Counted from the stretch's first letter, positions 1-7,028 are shown. The stretch: DNA of 9,900 bases from an uncultured Gammaproteobacteria bacterium (GCA_964360965.1 CAYHYM010000002.1:72422-82321); one strand, 5' to 3'. Made by a program: numbers and translations. The notes: generated by a model not told the origin, from the sequence alone.

Positions 1-288
1 TGGCTCGCCCCGCCTTCCCTCGCTCCCGTGGCGCGGCCGGCGCGGCGGGGTGACTTCTTGATTGGTTTGTATTTCCAAACTCTGTGGTTTTTTTATCCCG
101 CCCAGTTGACCCAGCAGATTTATCACCACCAGCCTGGGCTCAAGTTTTAAAGGATCAAAACCGGAAAAATATTTGTAGGCAGAATAAGCACCTAAAATAA
201 GCACTATAAATATAGTAAGACTCAACAACATCCTAAAAATAACAAAAGGTAAAAAACTAGATCGTTTTCTATACTTTCTTCTAAACAT
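1..288 (-). CDS. Hypothetical small membrane-anchored protein, N-terminal 96 codons (partial, runs off the left edge)
   Basis: ATG at 288..286 lies 1 nt after the argS TGA, with AAGGA 6 nt upstream. The frame stays open to position 1, so it is absent from the track. Translation is MFRRKYRKRSSFLPFVIFRMLLSLTIFIVLILGAYSAYKYF..., a basic N-terminus followed by one hydrophobic helix. The last ~17 codons (PPRRPRHGSEGRRGEP) are encoded by an anomalous patch with 43/50 G+C. Confidence 0.5.
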   Translation of the reverse strand, partial: MFRRKYRKRSSFLPFVIFRMLLSLTIFIVLILGAYSAYKYFSGFDPLKLEPRLVVINLLGQLGGIKKPQSLEIQTNQEVTPPRRPRHGSEGRRGEP

Positions 289-289
289 A

Positions 290-1996
290 TCACATCCTTT
301 CCGGAGCCTCTATCCCCAAAAGATAAAGCCCCTTTTTTAAAACCTTACCAACTTCCCAAGATAATTTTAGCCTAAACTCCTCTTTTTCAGATCCAATAAT
401 CCTGCACTGCTGATAAAAAAGGTTATAAAATCTGGACAGTTCAACTAGATATTCTGCTAAGATATTTGGGTGATAGTTTTCTGCCACATCTTCAACAATC
501 TCCTGAAAGTATATCAGTTGCCTTAATATTGGTCTTTCCTGCTTTTCTAGCTTAACTTCACCAAACTCCATCCCTTTTTTTGTTAATTTCAAAACAGATT
601 GGATTCTGGCATAAGTATATTGTACATAAGGACCACTATCTCCTTCTAAAGAAACTGATTCCTCAATATCAAATACCATATTAGGTCTGGGAGAATATTT
701 AAGATAGGAAAACTTAATCGCTCCTAAAGCCACAACTTTTACAACTTCCTGATCCACATGTATCCTATTAGCTTTCATAATCTCTCTAACTTTTTCTGAA
801 ACTACATGATACAAATCATCCACAGTTATAACATTTCCTGTTCTTGAGGACATCTTCCCCTCCTTAAGATCTACAACTCCATATGATAAGTGATACTTTT
901 TACCATTAAGATATGGAAAGATCCTATTAATCGCTTCGATTACTACTTTAAAATACCCTTCCTGCTCTGAACCTACAACATGAATTGATTTATCATAGTT
1001 GAAGCTGTCATATTCCAATTGAGCCAAACCTATTTCTTTACCTTCATATGTAGAATGTCCAGCTGATGTAATAAATACCCTATTATGCAGGCCGTATTTT
1101 TCACCAGGAAATATAACAGCTCCATCATTTTCTTCAAATACTTTACCCATATTCTCTAAAACTATCTTTTTACCTGAATCAAACACTTCGCTTTCAAAAA
1201 AACATCGATCATATTTTACACCTAAAAGTTGATAGATGGGCTCAAAATATTCCAAACTCCAAGACCTTGTAAGCTCATAAACTTCTTTAACCTCTGAATC
1301 TTTCTGGTAAAGCTGAGAGTTAATTTTATCTATATCTTTTTTAGCTTCAACATCCTCATCATAAGCTGTATTTCCTTCTGTGTAAGCCTGACCTAAAAAT
1401 TTAGCCTTTTCTTTTAAATTAAGCTCCTTTGTGGGTAAACCAAGCTTTTTTATCCCCCAAATAGCCTTGGCAATATGTAAACCAATATCTCCCTGATAAT
1501 TAGCTCTAAAGACCTGATGTCCTACTGAGTCAAACACCCTACAAAGACTTTCACCTAAAATAAAAGTTCTTAAATGTCCTATATGTATTTCTTTCAAAAG
1601 GTTAACATGTCCATACTCCACCAAAATTTTGTCACCTTTTCGTAATGTCGCTAATAGATCTTGATCTTGTGAATTTTTTATCAGCTGTTCATCCTTTATA
1701 AAAAAATTAATAAATCCTCCACCAGCTACCTCTACTTTTTCTAAGTAATCGGGTTTTCCTAACTGTTGTAAAATTTTATTAGCAATCTCATCTGATGACT
1801 GATAGTTTACAGTTGATGACTGCTTAGCCAGCTGCAGCGCGATATTCGTACTATAGTCTCCAAATTTTGCATTTTTGGTAATAGCTAAAAGTGGATCAGT
1901 TGGTTGGTAACCCAATTCTTTAATAACTTTTTTTAGATCCTTAAGAATTCTGTTTTTTAGCATAAGTATAAGTTTCGCGCTTCCTGTATTAATCAT
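290..1996 (-). CDS. argS: Arginyl-tRNA synthetase
   Basis: 568-aa ORF with a class I HIGH motif (..KEIHIGHLRT..), the ArgRS-type KMSK equivalent (..GKMSSRTGNV..) and a helical anticodon-binding C-terminus. The start overlaps the comEC stop by 8 nt (ATGATTAA). An alternative start is Met12 at 1963. Confidence 0.95.
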   Translation of the reverse strand: MINTGSAKLILMLKNRILKDLKKVIKELGYQPTDPLLAITKNAKFGDYSTNIALQLAKQSSTVNYQSSDEIANKILQQLGKPDYLEKVEVAGGGFINFFIKDEQLIKNSQDQDLLATLRKGDKILVEYGHVNLLKEIHIGHLRTFILGESLCRVFDSVGHQVFRANYQGDIGLHIAKAIWGIKKLGLPTKELNLKEKAKFLGQAYTEGNTAYDEDVEAKKDIDKINSQLYQKDSEVKEVYELTRSWSLEYFEPIYQLLGVKYDRCFFESEVFDSGKKIVLENMGKVFEENDGAVIFPGEKYGLHNRVFITSAGHSTYEGKEIGLAQLEYDSFNYDKSIHVVGSEQEGYFKVVIEAINRIFPYLNGKKYHLSYGVVDLKEGKMSSRTGNVITVDDLYHVVSEKVREIMKANRIHVDQEVVKVVALGAIKFSYLKYSPRPNMVFDIEESVSLEGDSGPYVQYTYARIQSVLKLTKKGMEFGEVKLEKQERPILRQLIYFQEIVEDVAENYHPNILAEYLVELSRFYNLFYQQCRIIGSEKEEFRLKLSWEVGKVLKKGLYLLGIEAPERM

Positions 1997-2999
1997 ACCA
2001 CTTTTTACTGATAGCCAGCAAAGATCCTAACATCAAATAATACCCTATCCATACCAGAGGAACCTGCTCCCCCACATATTCCCAGGCAAAGGGAAAAGAC
2101 GAGAAAAATTGCACTATGTAGATAAAATAATTTAGCAGTATGTTTAATATTAAGGCTAAAACTTCAGCCAGCCCTGTCCAAAGCAATGCCGGCAGAATAA
2201 ATAATATGCCTATAATCATGATATAAGGAATAGTCCATAACACCAACAGGTTGGCAATTATCCCAACAAGCGAGATCTGATGAAAATACCCTGCAATGAC
2301 CGGAATGACCATCAGCTGAGCCCCAATTGTCACTGACAAATCTCCGCTGATGAATTTAGGCATAAATTTAAGGAAAGAAAATATGATCGGCGCCACTGCA
2401 ACTACCCCAAAAGTTGCCAGGAAAGACAGCTGAAAAGAGATATCAAATAGCCACTTGGGACTAATAAGCAGTAATAAACCCCCTGTGACGATCAGTACCC
2501 ATAAACCATCCTTTTGCCTGCCCAAAAAAGCAGCCAGGAAGCTCAAAGTAACCATCAGAGCAGCTCGCAAAACCGGTATTTGGGCTCCGGTTAAAATGGT
2601 ATAGAAAATTATTGTTCCAAAAGAGGCTATGATGGCTACTTTTCTGCCGATCAATCCGGAAAGAATAAGAAAAAATCCGGCTGTGATTGATAAATTCTGT
2701 CCTGAAACCACCACCAGATGTAACGTTGAAGTATCTCTTAAACTTAAAAGTAACTGGCCCGGCAAATCTTTTCTATTGCCCAGTATAATCCCTGATAGAA
2801 GCTCTGCTTGAGGGGAAGGTAGAAAATTGGTTATTTGCTGATCAATTGCCTGTCTCTCATTTTTTAAGATATCGATCTTAATTTCCCATCCTCCCTGAAT
2901 TGTTCTTAACCCATAAAGCAGCAGGAATAAGACAATGCTAAAGATCAAAGGCAGCTTCTCTAAAATATAACTAAAAACATAACTTTTTATAAAATACAT
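1989..2999 (-). CDS. comEC: ComEC/Rec2-family DNA-uptake channel, competence domain only
   Basis: 336-aa polytopic membrane ORF. It carries the competence-domain signature (..LPSPQAELLSGIILGNRKDLP..LRDTSTLHLVVVSGQNLS..) followed by multiple hydrophobic helices. It is too short for the N-terminal OB-fold domain or the C-terminal metallo-beta-lactamase domain of full-length ComEC. The start overlaps the comEA stop (TAATG). Confidence 0.85.
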   Translation of the reverse strand: MYFIKSYVFSYILEKLPLIFSIVLFLLLYGLRTIQGGWEIKIDILKNERQAIDQQITNFLPSPQAELLSGIILGNRKDLPGQLLLSLRDTSTLHLVVVSGQNLSITAGFFLILSGLIGRKVAIIASFGTIIFYTILTGAQIPVLRAALMVTLSFLAAFLGRQKDGLWVLIVTGGLLLLISPKWLFDISFQLSFLATFGVVAVAPIIFSFLKFMPKFISGDLSVTIGAQLMVIPVIAGYFHQISLVGIIANLLVLWTIPYIMIIGILFILPALLWTGLAEVLALILNILLNYFIYIVQFFSSFPFAWEYVGEQVPLVWIGYYLMLGSLLAISKKWYD

Positions 3000-3592
3000 T
3001 AATAAACAACGACAGAGTCTTTGATCTTTTCAAAAACACTTTGGCCCACAATTTTCTTCTCAATTAGCTCCTCCACTTGTCTGTAAGGCCTTTGAGAGAT
3101 GATTTTGGCAGCAGTGACAGGGCCAATACCAGGTAATGATTCAATTTCAGTTTGGGTGGCAGTATTAATGTTAATTTTTGATTGAATACCTGTTCCTGCT
3201 ACGATCCCACTTGATCCAGCTTGGCCCTGACCAGCTAAAGACTCACCCTCAAATGGTATATATATTTTGCTACCATCTGATAGTTTTTGTGCTAGATTTA
3301 AATACTTTGATATAAATTCTTTATTGGCCTGATCTAAAAAGCCCCCTGCAACTGATATGGCATCTGTCACCCTTGATTCATTATTTAATTGATAAACACC
3401 CGCATTTTTGACTGCTCCTGAAACATCAACAGAAATATCTTTTTTTTGGACCAGGCTTTCTTGGGGGAAATTTTGTTTTTGACTGCGGTTTAAAGAACCG
3501 GCCAATACTCCTCCCATAATTAAAACTATGCCCACTAAGCTCAGGGCTAAAGGGATTTTGTATTTTTCTAATGTTTCTTTTAAATTTTCCAT
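2999..3592 (-). CDS. comEA: ComEA-type DNA receptor (TM anchor + SLBB + helix-hairpin-helix)
   Basis: 197 aa. N-terminal TM helix (IPLALSLVGIVLIMGGVLAG), an SLBB-like segment (VDVSGAVKNAGVYQLNNESRVTDAISVAGG), a Gly/Gln linker and a C-terminal HhH (ININTATQTEIESLPGIGPVTAAKII). Confidence 0.85.
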   Translation of the reverse strand: MENLKETLEKYKIPLALSLVGIVLIMGGVLAGSLNRSQKQNFPQESLVQKKDISVDVSGAVKNAGVYQLNNESRVTDAISVAGGFLDQANKEFISKYLNLAQKLSDGSKIYIPFEGESLAGQGQAGSSGIVAGTGIQSKININTATQTEIESLPGIGPVTAAKIISQRPYRQVEELIEKKIVGQSVFEKIKDSVVVY

Positions 3593-3594
3593 TA

Positions 3595-3969
3595 TTATCT
3601 AGATTTAACCCACCTTTGATAATCTTGATTTAATTTACCCATCCCCCGCCTTAACATCTCTTTTTTAACTATCCCGCCAGCATGAGGATATTTAAAAAGC
3701 CTGACTCTGTTTGATGAAAATCCATGAGCAAAATGTACCAGTTCATGGGCAATGGTGTGATCAATCACGCTGATTGGTATCTTTTTATTTTTAAACATAG
3801 CGGTAATGGTAATAACAGTCTGAGGGTTATTTTTGATGAATTTAATAGAGCCCAGCCGCAGTCTGGCAAAACGTCCAAATTTAATGGCAATTTTTACCTT
3901 TGGCAAGTCTAAAAAATATCTTGACCAGATCTTTTCCAAACGTAATTTTAAAAAAGTATTATTTCTCAT
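3595..3969 (-). CDS. Small HExxH zincin-like protein (SprT-like / DUF45-like)
   Basis: 124-aa basic ORF with a single HExxH (..VIDHTIAHELVHFAHG..) preceded by an R-x-LGS-I...I-I pattern like that seen in SprT/YgjP-type proteins. The start overlaps the leuS stop (ATGA), and its stop is 2 nt from the comEA start. The fold assignment is from memory of the family patterns and has not been searched. Confidence 0.6.
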   Translation of the reverse strand: MRNNTFLKLRLEKIWSRYFLDLPKVKIAIKFGRFARLRLGSIKFIKNNPQTVITITAMFKNKKIPISVIDHTIAHELVHFAHGFSSNRVRLFKYPHAGGIVKKEMLRRGMGKLNQDYQRWVKSR

Positions 3970-6524
3970 AATACAAAGTTGATTACTTTACCTGATATAT
4001 AAATTGTCTTCACAATTTTTTTCCCGGCTAAAAATTTTTGTATTTTATTACTTTGAAAAGCCATTTTTTTTATTCTTTCTTCATCAGAAAACATATCTTT
4101 TTGTATCGTAATTGTATCCCGTACCTTACCATTAACCTGAACCACAACTGTCATCTCTTCCTCCTCTAAATAAATTTTGTCAAACTTAGGGAATGACTGC
4201 TGATGAATAGACCATTTTTCAGTAATATTTCTGACTTGCTGATCTGCTGACTTACTGATCTGCTGATATAATTCTTCTGTGATATGGGGAGCAAAAGGAG
4301 CAAGCAAAAGTAAAAATGTGTTATATTCCTCTTTTGAAACCTTTTCTCTCTTTGACAGATGATTCAGCCATTCCATCAAGGCAGCTATGGCAGTGTTAAA
4401 TTTGATATTTTCAATTTCTTCCCCCACTTTTTTAATGGTCTTATGCATCATGCGTAGGCTTTGAGCCTCCAGAGCCTCCAGGGGGACGCCTTGGAGGTGT
4501 AAATCTACCTTTTCCTGTAACATCCAGACTCTTTGTAAAAATCTGTAGATTCCATGCAAGCTGCTGTCCCTAAAATCCCCACCTTCTGAAAATGGACCAA
4601 TGAACATAAGATATGTTCTTAAAGTATCTACACCATATTCTTTAATGTAATCATCCGGATTGACTATATTACCTTTTGATTTACTCATCTTAGCCCCCTC
4701 TTTAATAATCAGCCCATGCGCCCTAAACTTACTAAAAGGCTCCTCAAAATCCAAAAACCCTAAGTCTTTAAGCACCATTGTCACAAAACGAGAATATAAC
4801 AGGTGTAAAACAGCATGCTCAGCCCCACCAATGTACATATCAACAGGTAACCACTTCTTTGTGATACCAGGGTCAAAAGGGACTTGCCCTGAGCGAGACT
4901 TCGACGGTGAGTCTTTCGACCCTGAGCTCAAGACCGAAGGGCTCAGTCGAACCGCAGAGAGAGTCGAAGGGTATCTTAAAAAGTACCAGGAAGAGTCCAG
5001 GAAAGTATCAGAAACATCTGTTTCTCTTTTGGCTGCTCCACCACAGTTTGGGCATTTAACATTATAGAAATCTGGTACAGAAGCCAGTGGTGACTTACCA
5101 GTACCAGTTGGCCTAAACTGTTCAATATATGGTAATTCTACCGGCAGATCTCTTTCTGGAACAGGTTGAATCCCACACTTATCGCAATAAATAATCGGTA
5201 TGGGCGGCCCCCAATATCTTTGCCTGGAGATTAACCAATCTCTTAGATGATAATTGATTTTTCTATTACCAAATCCTTTTTCTTCCATCCAATCCATTAT
5301 CTTAACTCTTCCGGGATTAGGTGAATTTAGCCCATTAAATTGGCCTGATGCAACAATAAAACCTTCTTCCAAGACATCTTTAGCACTCAAAACTTTTGAC
5401 TGATCACTGGCAGTCTTACCTATTACTCTGATAATTTCCAGATCATACTTTTGGGCAAATTCAAAATCACGATGATCTGAACCAGGTACACCCATCACAG
5501 CACCGGTTCCATATCCTCCAATTACATAATCTGCAATCCAAATCGGGATCTTTTTATGATTAACCGGGTTTATGCAATAAGAACCAATGAATACTCCGGA
5601 CTTTTCTCTTTTCAGGATTTTTCTTTCCAATTCAGATTTCTTTTTAGAAGATTTGATATAACCGTCTACTTCTTTTTGTCTATCTTTAGTTGTTAGTTTA
5701 CCAACCAAAGAATGTTCCGGGGCTAAAACCATATAAGTCACCCCAAAAATAGTCTCAGGAAAAACTGTATAGACATTAATTACGTCATTGCGAACGTCAA
5801 CAGGGAATTCTATCTCCATTCCTTCGCTTTTGCCAATCCAATTGTTTTGCGCTTCGCGCAGCGGTTTTGGCCAATCAATGGTTCGACTTCGCTCACCACT
5901 TTCAGCCCATAAAAGTCTTTCGGCATAATCCGTGATTTTTAAAAACCACTGTTCCATCAATTTCCTCTCAACCTGGCTATTGCATCTTTCACACAGGCCA
6001 GCAATGACCTGTTCATCAGATAGTACTGTTAAACAAGAAGGACACCAATTTACAGAAGCTTTTTTGCGATATGCCAACCCTCTCTTTAACATCTGCAGGA
6101 ATAACCATTGAGTCCATTTATAGTAATTAGGCTGGTAGGTTTCTACTGTCCTTTGCCAGTCATAGCTATTTCCAGACATTTGAAGCTGCTCATAGAATCT
6201 TTTCTCAGTGATCTTGGAAAGCTCCATTGGATGTTTATTGACACTCAAAGCATAATTTTCGCTATGAATACCAAATCCATCTAAACCAATGGGTTCAAAT
6301 ACATCAAACCCTTGCATTCTTTTGAACCTGGAATAGATATCTGAACCTGTAAAAGCATACATATTACCTACATGTAGGCCTTCTGCAGAAGGATAAGGAA
6401 ACATCATCAAGCTATAATAAGGTTTTCTGGCCTGATCCATATCAGGACTAAATAGCTGGTCCTCTCTCCACTTTTTTTGCCATTTAGGTTCAATCTCAGC
6501 TGGTATATATTTTTTCATATCCAT
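3966..6524 (-). CDS. leuS: Leucyl-tRNA synthetase (bacterial type) carrying a 26-codon low-complexity insertion
   Basis: 852 aa. HIGH-type motif (..GLHVGNMYAF..), KMSKS (..GAKMSKSKGN..), Cys clusters CPSC..CERC and CDKC..CPNC, the WIGKSEG motif after the CP1 region, and PVDMYIGGAEHAVLHLLYSRF. An alternative start is Met3 at 6518. No Shine-Dalgarno sequence lies upstream. Confidence 0.95.
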   Translation of the reverse strand: MDMKKYIPAEIEPKWQKKWREDQLFSPDMDQARKPYYSLMMFPYPSAEGLHVGNMYAFTGSDIYSRFKRMQGFDVFEPIGLDGFGIHSENYALSVNKHPMELSKITEKRFYEQLQMSGNSYDWQRTVETYQPNYYKWTQWLFLQMLKRGLAYRKKASVNWCPSCLTVLSDEQVIAGLCERCNSQVERKLMEQWFLKITDYAERLLWAESGERSRTIDWPKPLREAQNNWIGKSEGMEIEFPVDVRNDVINVYTVFPETIFGVTYMVLAPEHSLVGKLTTKDRQKEVDGYIKSSKKKSELERKILKREKSGVFIGSYCINPVNHKKIPIWIADYVIGGYGTGAVMGVPGSDHRDFEFAQKYDLEIIRVIGKTASDQSKVLSAKDVLEEGFIVASGQFNGLNSPNPGRVKIMDWMEEKGFGNRKINYHLRDWLISRQRYWGPPIPIIYCDKCGIQPVPERDLPVELPYIEQFRPTGTGKSPLASVPDFYNVKCPNCGGAAKRETDVSDTFLDSSWYFLRYPSTLSAVRLSPSVLSSGSKDSPSKSRSGQVPFDPGITKKWLPVDMYIGGAEHAVLHLLYSRFVTMVLKDLGFLDFEEPFSKFRAHGLIIKEGAKMSKSKGNIVNPDDYIKEYGVDTLRTYLMFIGPFSEGGDFRDSSLHGIYRFLQRVWMLQEKVDLHLQGVPLEALEAQSLRMMHKTIKKVGEEIENIKFNTAIAALMEWLNHLSKREKVSKEEYNTFLLLLAPFAPHITEELYQQISKSADQQVRNITEKWSIHQQSFPKFDKIYLEEEEMTVVVQVNGKVRDTITIQKDMFSDEERIKKMAFQSNKIQKFLAGKKIVKTIYISGKVINFVL
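4884..4961 (-). repeat. GC-rich in-frame insertion inside leuS (encodes LSAVRLSPSVLSSGSKDSPSKSRSGQ)
   Basis: 47/80 G+C over 4881-4960, against visibly AT-rich flanks. It contains TCGA(C/A) repeats, CCCTGAGC twice and a CTGAGC/GCTCAG inverted repeat. It sits between the conserved SSWYFLRY and PFDP..WLPVDMYIGG blocks. Confidence 0.6.
4911..4940. repeat. Copy 1 of a ~30-nt GC-rich repeat (gtctttcgaccctgagctcaagaccgaagg)
   Basis: It aligns with the reverse complement of 6724-6753 (gtcattctgaccctgagcattagccgaagg). The two share the blocks GTC-TTC-GACCCTGAGC and CCGAAGG, including a 10-mer GACCCTGAGC. Confidence 0.6.
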
Positions 6525-6532
6525 ATAGAATT

Positions 6533-6561
6533 ATTCTAAAGGGCTTTCATCAAGATTGCAA
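6533..6561 (-). promoter_or_regulatory. Candidate sigma70-type promoter of the leuS operon, placed for a near-leaderless transcript
   Basis: On the minus strand: TTGCAA (6561..6556), a 17-nt spacer, then TAGAAT (6538..6533). Only 8 nt separate the -10 from the ATG at 6524, and leuS has no SD. Confidence 0.45.
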
Positions 6562-6568
6562 GTAAAGT

Positions 6569-6598
6569 AAATCTATGCAAGATGGACAAATCTATGCA
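6569..6598. promoter_or_regulatory. Two perfect 11-nt direct repeats (AAATCTATGCA) just upstream of the leuS -35
   Basis: Copies at 6569-6579 and 6588-6598 with a 19-nt period. On the minus strand they read TGCATAGATTT at roughly -45 and -65 relative to the predicted start. Confidence 0.4.
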
Positions 6599-6628
6599 TC
6601 TGTGTCCTTTGAGCTTAAGAGGGCACAA

Positions 6629-6839
6629 CCCGAAGGATCTCTTGCGCTCGCTTCGCGAAGCGAGAATGCAAGTACTGAAACAAGTGTTGCAGAGCAACTA
6701 CTTCGTAGGACAGAGATTCTTCTCCTTCGGCTAATGCTCAGGGTCAGAATGACATATTTACGGTGCTTTTTGCCATGACGAGCGACCCATTTTGCGCAGT
6801 GACGAGCTACTTACTAGCTCAAATTACTTTTCACACCGT
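6629..6839. ncRNA. Candidate structured RNA / cis-regulatory island (family and strand unknown)
   Basis: 108/220 G+C over 6601-6820, against 9/60 in 6841-6900. Nested helices: a closing helix 6630-6637/6723-6730 (CCGAAGGA/TCCTTCGG); hairpin 6641-6672 (CTTGC-g-[18-nt perfect palindrome CTCGCTTCGCGAAGCGAG]-aat-GCAAG); hairpin 6682-6703; hairpin 6713-6724; a second closing helix 6760-6765/6834-6839 (ACGGTG/CACCGT) around hairpin 6804-6820 (GAGCTA-cttac-TAGCTC). TGACGAGC occurs twice, at 6776 and 6800. Confidence 0.3.
6724..6753. repeat. Copy 2 (inverted) of the ~30-nt GC-rich repeat
   Basis: The plus strand ccttcggctaatgctcagggtcagaatgac is the reverse complement of a close relative of 4911-4940. 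Confidence 0.6.
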
Positions 6840-6989
6840 TTTCACAAATATAAATTATTCATAACCATATATTATTTGATATAGTTTATATGTATTTTGT
6901 TGTATCTATTATCTATGAACTATTAAAAATTAACTATTGTTGAAGCAGTGCGTTAATTTCTTTGACAAACTTTGATATATTTTGACCTC

Positions 6990-7019
6990 TTGACAAAAAT
7001 AATAAAGAAGTTTTATCCT
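6990..7019 (+). promoter_or_regulatory. Candidate promoter P1 (CCTCTTGACA - 18 nt - TATCCT)
   Basis: TTGACA at 6990-6995, an 18-nt AT-rich spacer, TATCCT at 7014-7019. The architecture is the same as P2. It would start transcription around 7026, just before the hairpin. Confidence 0.35.
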
Positions 7020-7028
7020 TAGAGCATG

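Noticed and set aside
2629-2811. Plus-strand 60-aa ORF inside comEC
   Set aside because: It is antisense to a well-supported membrane-protein gene and has no RBS or recognisable motif.
3724-3912. Plus-strand 62-aa ORF inside the HExxH gene
   Set aside because: It is an antisense shadow ORF with no start context or recognisable motifs.
4440-4500. Second GC-rich patch in leuS (CCTCCAG x2, CCTCCA/TGGAGG inverted repeat)
   Set aside because: It encodes ..LQGVPLEALEAQSLRMMHKTIKKV.., which aligns in length with the normal anticodon-domain region. I see no evidence of an insertion, only local composition.
4660-5067. Plus-strand 135-aa ORF inside leuS
   Set aside because: It is antisense to highly conserved LeuRS sequence (KMSKS, the HLLY region). 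Its length is boosted by the GC-rich insertion, which lacks stop codons.
5880-5900. tRNA-like GGTTCGA / ..CTCACCA strings inside leuS (also 4944-4952)
   Set aside because: No cloverleaf can be drawn around them, and they sit in frame in conserved or translated LeuRS sequence.
6575-6778. Plus-strand 67-aa ORF in the intergenic GC island
   Set aside because: There is no SD. The sequence is dominated by palindromes and hairpins, and the peptide is low complexity (LLRRTEILLLRLMLRVR). An RNA or repeat element explains it better.
6525-6840. T-box riboswitch upstream of leuS
   Set aside because: The genomic context is attractive, but on the minus strand I find no T-box consensus (AGGGUGGNACCGCG-like), no clear specifier-loop/AG-bulge arrangement and no terminator/antiterminator pair before the AUG. 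In addition, a good promoter sits only 8 nt from the start codon.
6826-6960. oriC / DnaA-box cluster (TTTTCACA at 6828 and 6839, very AT-rich spacer, AACTATT repeats)
   Set aside because: The 9-mers match the TTATCCACA consensus at only about 6/9. There are only two copies, with no dnaA/dnaN context. The AT-richness is equally expected for a divergent promoter region.
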